Of a stretch of 64,000 bases of DNA, positions 48,325 through 61,699 are shown in pieces (the first letter of the stretch is position 1; each line of letters begins with the position of its first letter). The notes under the pieces are model-generated. The model ran no database searches. It was given only the letters and a program-made list of their open reading frames with translations, and had not been told where the DNA came from. The DNA is from the human T2T-CHM13v2.0 reference genome, Homo sapiens. The stretch lies in NCBI RefSeq assembly GCF_009914755.1, contig NC_060926.1. One strand, 5' to 3'. The translations under genes were made by a program, and so were the position numbers.

Positions 48325-48948
48325 TAAGCCACTTATTCTGGCCCATTAGATTCTATGAACATTGAGATTGCTCTGTGATCCAATTCAGCAACACAAGGTT
48401 AATGAAGAACAGGCACTTCTCTTTCCCATGATGCAGGGCAATGTCAGGAAAGATATACCTGTTTAGTTCTTGTTTGCAGATAGCTTGGGTTGGCACTGAT
48501 TAAAACTGAAACTGATGAGAGAAATGACCCGAAACAAGAGTTTTCAAAAAGATAACTGCTTTGCTTGGTTATCGCTGTTCTTCAAGTCATGGGAGTTGAC
48601 ATGCCCATCCTGATAGAGGAATGGATGCTGGTGCATTTTCCGAGTCATGGAAAAAATGTGTTCCTTTTCTTCTCACCTGTCTAGCCTCTTTCAGTGCTTT
48701 AGTAGTAAGGCTGAATACACGGTATCTTTCTCAAATTCCTTCTATTTAGAGCAATGAATTTAGAGGAATCTCTACATCTCTGTTCCCCTTTGTCTTACAT
48801 GACTGATGACAGTTGTGCGACTTGGGCCACTCTCATATATGTACCTAAAGTTATCTACAATTCCAGGATTTAGTTCTCCCTTTTTCAGTGGGAAGCCAGG
48901 GATTGAGCTAGATGATATAGGTATAACCGAATCTTCTCATTTCCATAA
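48325..48948 (+). repeat. Left arm of long inverted repeat (partner 51447-52050)
   Basis: Aligned by hand to the reverse complement of 51447-52050 over its full length, ~85% identity; no TE family recognised. Confidence 0.95.
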
Positions 48949-49624
48949 GAAGAGATAAAAAGGAAATAACTTGTGACTTTTGGTATTTTAGCTTTCATAA
49001 GGAAGACATTTGGTAACTCCTTGCAATTGATCATATCATATCAATGTCTCAGAACCCATTAGCTGAGAAGGGAAGATTTGATTGATAGAGTAGACATAAA
49101 CTTTAGATGTCTCTGATCCAAAATTTGTGATACTTCATAAGGCCAATACATAGTCCTTAGATTGTTTAATGTAGTCTTTAATTATTCAGTGTTCTCAGAA
49201 GCATTTTCATCATGAAGAATTTCTTCATGAGTTTCCATCCTGTGATTTTTCAGCTGTAATCATTGTGCATTGAATGACTTGATTATCATAATTCACATAT
49301 GATGTAGGGGCATTGTGAACTCTACATTTATTCATAAATTGATTTTACTTTTTCTCCCCAATTCCCTCTAATATTATATTAAATTGTATGTAAGGGTTTG
49401 TTAATTCAATCAGGTTAGTAACTAAAGCCCTTTGTTTTTAACCACAATTCAAATTTAAGCCCTTCTTGAGCCTTTAATCATGTAGTACATTTATTCAAAA
49501 GCAGTGACCTTCTTTAAAAGACATGGAACAATTCAGGCAGAAAGAAAAACATGAACAAGTTTTGGTCATCGAGTTTAAAAATGAACTGTGTTTGAAAGTC
49601 ATGAAACTCCATTAGAAAAATCCA

Positions 49625-49810
49625 GTGTATTAGCACGGCTTTGAATTCAAAGCTTTCACAGGCTTGAATACTAGTCCTGTTATTTACCACTTGTGGAACT
49701 AGTTACTTAACTTCAGGCCTTAGTTTACTCATATGTGAAATTTTGATAGTGGTCTTCTTGCACAGAGTTCTTATAAAAAGTACAATAATATAAAGCCAAT
49801 TTAACAGTAT
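49625..49810 (+). mobile_element. MIR within the inverted-repeat spacer
   Basis: TAGTTACTTAACTTCAGGCCTTAGTTTACTCATATGTGAAAT. Confidence 0.6.
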
Positions 49811-51446
49811 AAAATACACGTGAGTACAATTACATTATATATGTATATATACTTTATGTCTAATGTATTTAAATGTGGTAAAATCAATACTAGAATATTA
49901 CAAAGGCTCCACTGGAGCTTGCATTTGGAGTGAGGAGACCTGGCTACCATTTTTGTATCTTTTATTCCTTATCGTATCACCTGAGGAACTCCCTGAACCT
50001 CTCTGGGCCTTCTTTCCCATAGCCAGCATTATAGTTTTGGTTGGATGCTTCCCTGCAAACATTACCCCGTTGGAAACCAGAGAAGAGAGAGGGCAGAGGC
50101 TGCTTATGGAGGTCAGGATTATTGTACCTAGAGAAACGATTTTAACAGAGACCGAAATGGTGCCAGGTGTACAGCCTAGTGTTCTGATCTCAGGCACGGA
50201 TCTTGGCAGAACTCTAGTCATTATAGGTTATAATTTTCTCATAGGAATTGCAGAAAGCTATAATCTAGTGAACAACTTGAAGGTCCTCGAGTCATCCTAG
50301 GAACTATAGATACTTGACTAAAGCAAAAAAACTAGTTCCCAGTCTTGCATTCTGAAAATATTATGTTTCAGCTGTACTCTCTGTCTGGGTCAGGCAGAGG
50401 TACAGGTGAAAGATCTGCCTACTAACCCAAACCTTAGTACAGTGAACAGAGGTGGGGAGGACTCAAAATAACATCTACCCCAGAGTGTTGTTATAAGGTC
50501 CAGGGATAATAATTTATGAAGAGATGCTATGTCTAATATAAAATGGAAAATAGAATTTTGGCTTATATAATTAAACATTTTAATTGAGATTGCCTTTTCA
50601 ACTACTTTAAAATAGATTATTGATTTATATAATATAATCTAACATACTGGCTAATTGACATTGATTTTCCCTTACTGGTGAATTTATGTTCTTTTCTAAT
50701 GTTGTCCAAATATTATTTACCCAGGTAAGATATAGCAAAAACATAATTATTTATAGGAGATTCAACTCAGCTGGTGGAAAGAAAACACTGAAAGTATTTT
50801 GAGATTTAGAATAATATACTCTAATTGTGTTAACATTCTGTTGATAGCATTGTTACTTTTTTTCCATGGTGCCAAATCTTATTCACTTTCCTCAGGTATT
50901 GCTTTATTTTTTTTAATTGATTATTTTCAAGTCCCTGGTGGTGCTAAGGAGAACATAGAATTCTCCTTAGAGTACAAATAACTCCTAAACCACAATATAT
51001 TAATTTGTGGCCATCTTGTTCCTAAGCCAACTATTTATCAGAGCTGGCAGAGGGAGGGGGAAAAAACAGAAAGTACAAATTTTGCTAAGACATTCCTTGT
51101 ACCTAATGATATACTCCAAAAGAGAACAGAAAGTAGACGAAGAAAGGGAAGAAAAAAAAAACATGAACAATATATTCAATGAGAACGTAGGCACCAGTAT
51201 TCAAAATGATGATCTATAAATGTGAATGCTCTAACAAGTATCATTTGTCACTCATAAGTGAATAGTTTTAGTAACACATTTTCCAAGGACAGGCAATACA
51301 GATATAATATCTTATGTGTAAGATTCAACAAATTTTTATAATTTAACGCATAGTTAAATTTCTTTCTTTTACTTTCTTTGAGCAAAAAAATCTCCCTCTT
51401 CTGCAGTTGATTTTCTTTAAATATATTTTGTGATATTTATTTTATG

Positions 51447-52050
51447 TTATGGAAATAAGAGGATTCAGATACATTTATGCCATCTAGCTCAATCTCTAGC
51501 TTTCTTATTGAGAAAGGGAGAACTAAATTCTGGAATTGTAGATAACCTTAGGTACATACATGAGAGTGGCCCAAGTCATGCAAGTGTCATCAGTCATGTA
51601 GAAAAAAGAGGAACAGAGGTGTAGAGATTCCTCTAAATAAAAGGGATTTGAGAAAGATACCCTGTATTCAGCCTTACTATTAAAGCACTGAAAGAGACTA
51701 GGCAGATGAGAAGAAAAGGAACCCTTTTTTTTCCCATGCCTTGGAAAATGCACCAGGATCCATTCCTATATCAGGATGGATATGTCAACTCCCATGGCTT
51801 CAAAAAGAGGGATAACAAAACACAACAGTTATCTATTAAAGAACTCTTGTTTCAGGTCATTTCTCTCATCAGTTTTAATCAGTGCCAACCCAATCTATCT
51901 GCAAACAACCAAACATGTATATCTTTCTTGACTTTGCCCTACTTCATGGGAAAGGGAAGTGCTTGTTCTTGATTAACCTTGTATTGCTGAATTTGATCAC
52001 CAGACAATCTCAGTGTTCATAGACTTTAATTGGTCAGAATAAGGGTCTTA
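51447..52050 (-). repeat. Right arm of long inverted repeat (partner 48325-48948)
   Basis: For example ATGAGAGTGGCCCAAGTC pairs with GACTTGGGCCACTCTCAT, and CAGTTTTAATCAGTGCCAACCCAA pairs with TTGGGTTGGCACTGATTAAAACTG. Confidence 0.95.
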
Positions 52051-52239
52051 AGTTTTGATTTTTGGAGATTTATTGCATTAATGAAAAAATGAGGGTATAA
52101 GGAAAGCTTTCCATCAGCCAATCTAGATTCAGATATAACACACATATTGGAATTATTAGAGGGAATTTACAATAACTATGATTAATACTTAAGGCCTCTA
52201 GTGAAAAAGGCTTATAATACGTATGGAAAGTTGGGGAAC

Positions 52240-52960
52240 TTAGCATCATGATAGAAACCCTAAGAAAAAAAATAAAATAGAAATACCAGAAATGAAGAAC
52301 ATCCACAATGTCAGACATGAAAAATGCTTTTCATGATCCATCAGTAGTCTTGATGGAGCTAAAGAAGAAATCAATGAACTTGAAGTTTTTTCAGTAAAAA
52401 TTATCCAAAACTGAAACTCAGTGCACAAAAAAAAAAAAAAGAATGGGAGATGGAACAAATCAGAGCTGCCAAGAGCCATGAGACAATATAAAACCACCTA
52501 TAATACCTGTAATTGGAATCCAACAAGAAGAACAGAGAGGAAAAAAAGGGCAGGATATACATATAAGGAGATAATGGCTGCAAGTTTTTCAAAACTTAAG
52601 ACTTCAGCCACTGATATAAGAACTGAGAGCACTAAACAGAATAAAACCTAGAGAAATTTATACCAGGCACATAGTATTTAAATAAGTGAAAAACAAAGAA
52701 AACCCAAATCTTTAAGGTAGACAGAAAAAAAATAAGTATGAACTATGGATGCATTTTGTAATATAGATGAATCTCAAATGTGAAGAAAACCAGACCCAAA
52801 TGGCTACCTATTGTGTGATTTCATTTATATGGCATTCTGAAATCTATGTAAAACTGTAAGTATGGAAAACATATCAGTGAATTCCAAGGGCTAGAATAGT
52901 GATTTTGACTTGAGAGAGATACTAAGAAATTTTTGTAGGTGATGAAACTTTTATATATTT
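52240..52960 (+). mobile_element. Ancient L1ME fragments (ORF1-like and 3'UTR)
   Basis: GAAGAAATCAATGAACTTGAAG; TAATTGGAATCCAACAAGAAG; TTGTGTGATTTCATTTATATGGCATTCTG; resumes at ~56311. Confidence 0.6.
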
Positions 52961-53029
52961 ATTATTAAATTAAAAAAATATATTTTTATTACATTAAAAA
53001 TATATTTTTTCATTACATTAAAAATATAT

Positions 53030-56000
53030 ATTTTTAATTTTGTGGGTACATAGTAGGTATATATCTTTATGGGTTACATGGGATATTTTGATATAGGCAT
53101 GCAATGCATAATAATCACATTAGGGCAAATGGGGTGTCCATCACCTCAAGCATTTATCCTTTGTGTTACAAACAATCCAATAATATTTCTTCAGGTATTT
53201 TAAAATGTACAATTATATTATTTTTGACTATAGTCACTCTGTTGTGCTAGTAAGTATTAAATCTTATTCATTCTTTCTATTTTTTTAACCCATTAACCAT
53301 CCTCACTCCCATCCCCAACAACCCTCTCACTACCCTTCCCAGTCTCTGGTAAACATTCTTCTATTCCCTATCTCTATGAGTTCAATTATTTTATTAATAA
53401 TTTTTAGCTCTCACAAATAAGTGAGAACATGTGATATTTCTTGTTCTGTGCCTGGCTTATTTCACTTAGTGTAATGACCATCGGTTTCATCGATGTTGAT
53501 GCAAATGACAGGATCTCATTATTTTTTATGGCTGAATAGTACTCTATTGTGTATACATACCACATTTTTTTTTATCCATTCATCTGCTGATGAACACTCA
53601 GGTGCTCCCAAATCTTGGCTATTGTTTACATGGCTGCAACTAACATGGGAGTGGATACATCTCTTTGATATACTGATTTCCTTTCTGGGGGGTACATTCT
53701 CAGCAGTGGGATTGTTGGATTGTATGGTAGCTTTATTTGTCATTGCTTGAGAAACCTCCAAACTCTTCTCTATAGTGATTGTACTAACTTATATTCCCAT
53801 CAATAATGTATGAGGGTTTTCTTTTCTCCACATTCTTGCCAGCATTTGTTGTTGCCTATCTTTTGGATAAAAGCCATTTTAACTGCAGTGAGATAATATC
53901 TCATTATAGTTTTGATTTGCATTTACTGATGATCAATGATGCTGAGCACCTTTTCATAAGTCTGTTTGCCTTTTGTGTGTTTTCTTTTGAGAAATGGCTA
54001 TTCAGATATTTTGCCCACTTTTTAATTGAATCATCAGAATTTTTCCAGTAGAGTTGTTTGAGCTCCTTATATATTCTTGTTATTAATCCATTGTCACATG
54101 AGTAGTTTGCAAATATCTTCTTGCCTTCTGAAGGTTGTCTCTTCACTTTGTTGATTGCTTCCTTTGCTGTGCAGAAACTTTTTAACTTGACATTATTACA
54201 TTTATCATTTTTGCTTTGGTTGCCTGTGCTTGTGGGGTATGACTCAATAAATCTTTGCCCAGACCAATGTCCTGGAGAGTTTTTCCAATGTTTTCTTTTA
54301 GTAATTAGTAGTTTGAGGTATTAGATTTAAGTATTTAACCCATTTTGATTTGAGTTTTTATACATGATGAGAGATAGGGGTCTAGTTTCATTCTTCTACA
54401 AATAAATATCACGTTTTTCCAGCATCATTTATTGAAGAGACTGTCCTTTCCTCAGTGTGTGTTCTTGGCAGCTTTGCAAAAATGAGTTCACTGTGGATGT
54501 ATGCATTTGTTTCTTGGTTCTCTATTTTGTTCCAATGGTCTACATGTCTACTTCTATGCCAGTACCAAGCTGTTTTGGTTACTGTAGCTCCATAGTATAA
54601 TTTAAATTCAGGTAATGTGATTCCTCCGTTTTGTTTTTACTTAGGGTAACTTTGGTTATTGTGGGTCTTTTGTGATTCCATATAAGTTTTACAATTGTTT
54701 TTTCTAATTCTGTGAAGAATGTCATTGGTATTTTGATAGGGATCACATTTAATCTGTAGATTGCTTTGGGAAGTATGCATATTTTAACAATATTGATTCT
54801 TCCCATCCATAAACATGGAATACCTTTTCATTGTTTTGTCTGCTCTTCAATTTATTTCATAAATGTTTTATAGTTTTCATTGTAGAAATATTTCACTAGT
54901 TTGCTTAGGTAAATTCCTAGGTGTTTAATTTGTGGCTATTGTAAATGGGATTACTTTATTTCTTTTTAAGATTGTCTTCTGTTGGCATATAGAAATGTCA
55001 CTTATTTATGTATGTTGATTTTATATCCTGAAACTTTACTGAACTTCTCAGTTCTAATAGTTTTTTTTGTGGAATCTGTAGTGTTTTCCCAGTATAAGAT
55101 CATATTATCTGCAAACAAAGATAATTTGACTTTTTCCTTCCTAATTTGGATGTCCTTTATTTCTTTCTATTATCTGATTGCTTTATCTAAGACTTCCAAT
55201 ACTATGCTGAATAACAGTGGTGAAAGTGGGCATCATTGTTACGTTTTAGATCTTAGGGAAAACCATTTCTGTTTTTCCCCATTCACTATGATACAAGCTG
55301 CAGGTCTGCCATATAGGGCTTTTATTATGTTGAGGTAGGATCCTCTATACACAGTTTTTCAGGGTGTTTATCATGAAGGGATGTTGAATTTTATCAAATA
55401 ATTATCCAGTATCAATTGAATGATCATATGATTTTTGTCTTTCATTTTGTTGATATGATGTATGACATTTATTTGCATATATGGACCCACCTTTGCATCT
55501 CTAGGATAAATCCCACTAGGTCATGATGAATTATCTTTTTAATGTGTTGGTACATTCAGTTTGCTTCTATTTTATTGAAAAATTTTTGCATCAATATCCA
55601 TCAGTCATATTGGCCTGTAGTTTTTGTTTTTTTTTGATGTGTCATTGTCTGATTTTGGTGTCGGAGAAATATAATACTGTCCTTGCAGAATGAGTTCGGA
55701 AGTATTCCATCCTCCTCTATTTTTCAGAATACTCTGAGTAGAATTGTGTTAGTTCTTCTTTAAATGTTTGCTAGACTCCAGCGGTGTCCTGGACTTTTCT
55801 TTACTGGCAGACTTTTTATGGCTACAATCTCATGACTTGTTATTGTTCTGTTAAGATTTTGGATTTCTTCATAGTTCAATCTTGGTAGGTTGTATGGGTC
55901 TAGGAATTTATTCATTTCTTCTAGATTTTCCAATTTATTGGTATATAGCTGCTCATAGGAGCCACAAATTCTCCTTTGAATTTCTGTGGTATCAGTTGTA

Positions 56001-56310
56001 ATGTCTCCTTCATCTCTGATTTTATTTATTTGGATCTTCTCTCTTTTTTCTTTAGTTAGTCTGGCTAATGATGTGTCAATTTTGTTTCTATTTTTGAAAA
56101 CCAACTTTTTGTTTCATTGATCTTTTGTAGTTTCCTTTGTTTCAATTTTGTTTATTTATTCTCTGATCTTCATTATTTATTTTCTTCTGCTAATTTTGGG
56201 TTTAGTTTGCTCTTGCTTTTCTAGTTCTTTAAGATGCCTTGTTAGGTTGTTATTTTGAAGTTTTTCTTCTTTTTTGATGTAGGTGTTTATAGCTATAAAC
56301 TTCCTTACTC
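53030..56310 (-). mobile_element. 5'-truncated L1MA1/L1MA2-like LINE-1
   Basis: Antisense 3' end TTTTGTGGGTACATAGTAGGT...GGCATGCAATGCATAATAATCACAT; minus-strand ORF2 fragments [17 protein letters not shown] and [16 protein letters not shown]. Confidence 0.92.
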
Positions 56311-56550
56311 ATATATATCTTAATTGTAGCAGTGGTTGCATGACAATATGTACGTGTCAAAACTTGCAAAATTGCTCAATAAAAAGGGGGGATATTATGA
56401 TATATAAATTATATTTAAAAAATTATGGGTGCGTATAGAAATGCTGTAAGGAAAAATGGCTATTTAGAGGTATTAGAATTTGAATTCAATCTTTAAATCA
56501 TGATATGATTTTCATGAAAGCTTAATTTTTAAAAATAAAAAACATGTACA

Positions 56551-56838
56551 TCATGCCTGTAATCTCAGCACTTTGGGAGGCCAAGGCAGGTGGATCACTT
56601 GAGGTCAGGAATTCGAGACCAGCCTGGCCAACATGGTGAAACCTCATCTCTATTAAAAATACAAAAATTAGTTTGGTATAGTGGCACGTGCCTGTAATTC
56701 CAGCACTTGGGAGGCTGAGGCAAGAGAATCACTTGAACCCGGGAGGCAGAAGTTGCAGCGAGCCAAGATCAAGCCACTGCACTCCAGCCTGGGTGACAGA
56801 GCGAGACTCCATTTCAAAAAAAAAAAAAAAAAAAAAAG
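56551..56838 (+). mobile_element. Alu (AluSx/Sz-like), lacking first ~17 nt
   Basis: Starts TCATGCCTGTAATCTCAGC; A-tail present. Confidence 0.95.
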
Positions 56839-56969
56839 AAAGAAAGTACACATGCTATAGAGGGGGGCTAAAGGGTAATCTCACCATAATTAAATCCCTT
56901 TATTTGTATTTATCCCTGACTGTGTGAATCTAGCCACAGTCAAGAAACTATAACAAGGAATCATAACAA

Positions 56970-57090
56970 TTCAAATAATTTATTTTACAAATTAGGAAAG
57001 TGAGACCTGGAGAAGGGAAGTAAATTTCTTAATATACACTATGAGTTGGGAGCTGGAGTTGAGATTCTACGTTGAAATTTCTAACTCTAC
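56970..57090 (-). mobile_element. MIR fragment
   Basis: TATTTTACAAATTAGGAAAGTGAGACCTGGAGAAGGGAAGTAAATTTC. Confidence 0.55.
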
Positions 57091-57664
57091 AGCATCATTA
57101 ATAGCTAAATTTAGAACCAAAGACCTCTAAATCATGATTGGTTCAAATAGCCCTAGCACTTCTTTCTTGTCCTGTGTTTACCACCCACCACTTTAGAAAT
57201 GCTACTTTTGCAATCCTAATGTTGAAGTGTCTAGGAAACCCTCATTGCAAGCAGCAATGCTCTTCATTTTTTATAGTAATGCTTCCAACAGTTTCCTGTA
57301 ATTCGCAATATAAATGCAAATTTTGATACTGTAAGTAGAAAGTAGAGATTTTTCCCTTATAAAGCATGAAACATTCTTGCATAGTAAATCCCAAGTTATC
57401 CTTTTAATCAGGCATAGAAAAAAATAGTTGGCCATTTACATATGGAGACTTGAAAGGAGCAGGGAGACATCCTACGGCCATAAAAATGTCTTCTAAATAG
57501 TGGTCTAGACTCTGTACTCCTGAGAATAAGAGTTTTCTGTGAATAAGAAATTTCCTTTCAGTGTTGCTGATTACTTTCTTACTAAAAAATAATGTTATAT
57601 ACTTTCTGTTGTCTTATCTACTTTTGCATTCTCTCCCAAGTCTGTGTGTCCTAAGAATCAAAGC

Positions 57665-58182
<518 letters not shown>

Positions 58183-58504
58183 ATAGTTCATTTTGGTCTT
58201 TACTGTCAGCTTGTTGGGTGTGTCTGAGCCTGGTTTACTCCTTTTAATTTGTAAGGCAGGATGACCTTAAAGCAGTTAACTTTGGTTCAAATTGTGACAT
58301 AGGTATTGTGACATTGGCTAAATTATTGAAATAGTGTAAAATGGGATAATAATATTTCACAAAGCCACTTTGAGGGTTCACTTAAACAAGAATGCTATCA
58401 GCTGAAATAGAGTATGCTCTCCAGATGTTATTTCTCTCTGGTCACTAGTCTTAGGTTTCTTTGCATATACACAGATTCATCTTTGTATTTCTAGTGCTGT
58501 GCTT

Positions 58505-59000
58505 CTGTGCTATCTGGGCTGAGCATCTCCTATCTGTTTCTCTAGAGTAGTCTACACTTCTACCACTCCACACTTCTCCAACCTGCTCTGGGTCTGATAA
58601 TGAGGGCTTCATTGATGGGTTCCTTCACCCTTTCACTCCATGTTGGGGTTGTCCAATGGAAGGTAGTGGTAGGAGATTGGAGGTTGGGTTGAATGTGAGT
58701 TCAGAGTGTTTTTCCTCAGCTCCTTCCTTGACAGGCTAGAGTGAGTTGGCAATGTTTTTCTACCAAAAGTCACAACCCCTATCAGAGGCCCTTTTACGTA
58801 CAGCTTCTATGTTTTAGTCCCATATTTTATTAACTGCCTGCTCTCGTTGCTCTTCAGACTTAGAAGTGGCCATTCTGTTAGGTGTAGCTTCGGGAAACTG
58901 CACTGTCTTGTTGTGGCTGCCATTTTAAATCTTGGCCATACTCTTGTAAATAGCACCTTTTAAAACTCTCCTCCAAATGCCTATCCTTATCTGATACAGA
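58505..59000 (+). mobile_element. LTR33-like ERVL solo LTR
   Basis: GGGTTGTCCAATGGAAGG...AGGAGATTGGAGG...TTGTAAATAGCACCTTTTAAAACTCTCCTC. Confidence 0.65.
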
Positions 59001-60844
59001 TCCTGCATGATGCGCAGGCATCATGGGCTCCTGGACAACTCAAATGTGGTATCATCTAGATGTTCCAATTATCATTCATTCACACTGTCAGGACCAGGTT
59101 CAGAAACACCTCCAGGAACCTACAAAAGGAGATCACAGGAAACCAGGGAGGAGGCAGGGTGTGACTGACCGACTTTTTCACGTCTAATTAGGAATCAGCT
59201 CTCAATGGGGAAAATGACAGGAAAATAGATCCGAATAATTGGAAAGACATGTCTGATTTATAAAAAAAAAATTTAAACAGATTATTTTAAGTGGAAAAGT
59301 TTTTAAGAAAGGTCAAAGAGAGATAACCTTACCTCAGCACATTTTAAAGATAAAAGAAAGGGAGAGCTCACTTATTATGATGCAAGCCAAAGTCGTAGAA
59401 AATTAACATACTTATTTTAATAAATCTATTCTGTCATGATTCTCATAATAGATTTATTAATGAAAACTTTCCACCTGCTGGGAGGGAGGGTGATGATTGT
59501 ATATTTCAGGGAAAAAAGTCTCCTTAAGTATAACTCTAAGAATAATATTTCTTAAAATAATATCTATAACAGCATGTGATATAACTTTCCAAAAGGAAAT
59601 TCACCAGTAGACCAGGAAAACTTATTATACAAGTATTTCTTAATGGTAAGCCTTTGGTGATCACTGAAGAACTATTTCATTATTACCAGTGGAGAGTAAA
59701 CAGTAACTAAAAATTTTCCAGCTAGGTGTATTTGAAGAGATGATGCCAAATTAGATGTATAATAGGATTAAAATAATTTTAAGTCACTTTCAATATTCTC
59801 AATCTCTTTCTGTGAGATTATTCTATGTCATTTTATCTTTACTGAATGTCTCACCTTGTAGGTGAGGTGGTGCCCACATACCAAATTAAAGTGGGAGAAA
59901 TCGAAACTTACAGATAAATAATTTATATCTACCTAATATTTAACCTGAAAATGATGTAGATACAGTTATTTAGGAGAGCACCTCAATTTGCTTCTTTACT
60001 TCTCTTTGGCTAGCCCAGTGTAAATTTTGAAAAAAAAAAAACAATGTTTTCGTCTGCTTTCAAGTAGGATGGTTTCATTGGTTAGTTTAAAGCCTAATAT
60101 GTGATAATAAGAGACTTAAAACCATTCACTGGCTTAAAAAATAGAGAAGTTGATTTCTTACTCATTTAACTGTCCACGGTATGTGTCTCAAATCGGGAGA
60201 TATCTCTACTCACTAAGTCAACTGGGGACCCTGATGGAAGCTCTGGTGTCATCAATATATGGTTTGTGCAATACTGTGGCTGTTTGAAGAAGCAAATACC
60301 ACTTGAGCGCTTAGGCCACAACTTACCCACAAAGACTCTGCAAACTCAAGAAAAGCAGTCTAACCATATGGCCAGGAAAAAAATGTAGCATGAACTTTTG
60401 TGGAAAGCTAACGTTTTAGTTATGATTGCTGATGAAACTTTAAGAGGTCCATGACCAGCCATCTATGTCAATTTCCTGCCCAGAAGTAAATGAAGACTTT
60501 GTGGAGTAAGCATGGGATTATTGAGAATTGCTGTTAACCAGCTGAATACCTGGGCCAGAAAAGATCTTCCCAGTGTTCTGATCAGAAACCCTTGAGATGT
60601 AAGAGATACATAATAATGTATAAAATGAACATATATCAATATTTTCATTTTACAATTTGTAAAAACTTCTTATTGAGGTATGACATATACATCCCTTATT
60701 CTTTCTGAATATCAGTATTTTTGTCACAAGAATCTGCAAACTATATCACTATCACCTACCAATACCAATCAGTTCTGTTTTAAAAATTAACTGAGTTCCA
60801 TATGTACAGAGATTGGCACCTAAGCTGATCAAAAAATGATGGTT

Positions 60845-61122
60845 TCCAGGTGGGCATGGTGGCTCATGCCTGTAATCCCCGCACTTTGCGAGGCCGAGCA
60901 GGCAGATCATGAGGTCATGAGTTCAAGACCAGCCTGAACAACATGGTCAAACCCCATCTCTACTAAAAATACAAAAATTAGCCAGGTGTGGTGGCACGCA
61001 CCTGTAATCCCAGCTACTCAGGAGGCTGAGGCAGGAGAATCAGCTGAAACCAGGAGGCCAAGGTTGCAGTGAGCTGAGATTGTGCCAATGCACTCCAGCC
61101 TGGGTGACAGAGCGAGACTCTG

Positions 61123-61152
<30 letters not shown>
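60845..61152 (+). mobile_element. Alu (AluSg-like)
   Basis: Full dimer with long A-tail; TSD core GATGGTTT. Confidence 0.95.
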
Positions 61153-61153
<1 letters not shown>

Positions 61154-61647
61154 GGATGGTTTTCTCTCTGACGTTTTTGGACCAAATATCTTGATGGGTT
61201 TTTGTTGTTGTTGTTTGGTTTCTGTCGCTCTCTTTTGCCTTTGCTCTTTTCTTCTCCTCATCCCACATTCTTAATATTTACCACAAATCTTCATTCTACC
61301 TATCATTCTAGGATAGCATCTCAAAGACCAACCCACGATTGAAGCCTTTCTGGATCCTTTTACCTGGTTTTCCCCTCCATTGTTTGCCAGTAACATTTTA
61401 TTTGTAACACTGACAATGTTACCAACAATATCACCAACCAGCTTGAATTGGAGTTTGTTTTTCTAAAATACTTTTTATTTTTGAAAATATTAAACTTTGG
61501 AACTCTCACTTAGATGTTTCCTTGAAAATGTGGGACTTGAATTGATCCTTGAAAGATAAGAATTATTTAAATGGGTGATATAAATCTAGCAGAACAGAAG
61601 GAAGCAAGGTGAAATATTAAATTTTTTTTAAATGGTAAATGAGAGAG

Positions 61648-61699
61648 TGTATTAGTCAGGGTTCTCTAGTGGGACAGAACTAATAGGAATATATATATT

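Noticed and set aside
49863-50300. 145-aa ORF and overlapping 107-aa antisense ORF in the inverted-repeat spacer
   Set aside because: No recognisable domain, partly MIR-like sequence, and no exon or promoter support; consistent with chance.
48325-52050. Interpreting the inverted repeat as a known DNA transposon with TIRs
   Set aside because: Arms are far longer than Tigger, Charlie or MER TIRs, the boundaries fade gradually, and no TSD or transposase remnant is visible.
52960-53030. Short repeated units TTATTACATTAAAAATATATTTT as a CRISPR-like or regulatory array
   Set aside because: Only 2-3 degenerate AT-rich copies without unique spacers, located in the decayed tail of the L1MA element.
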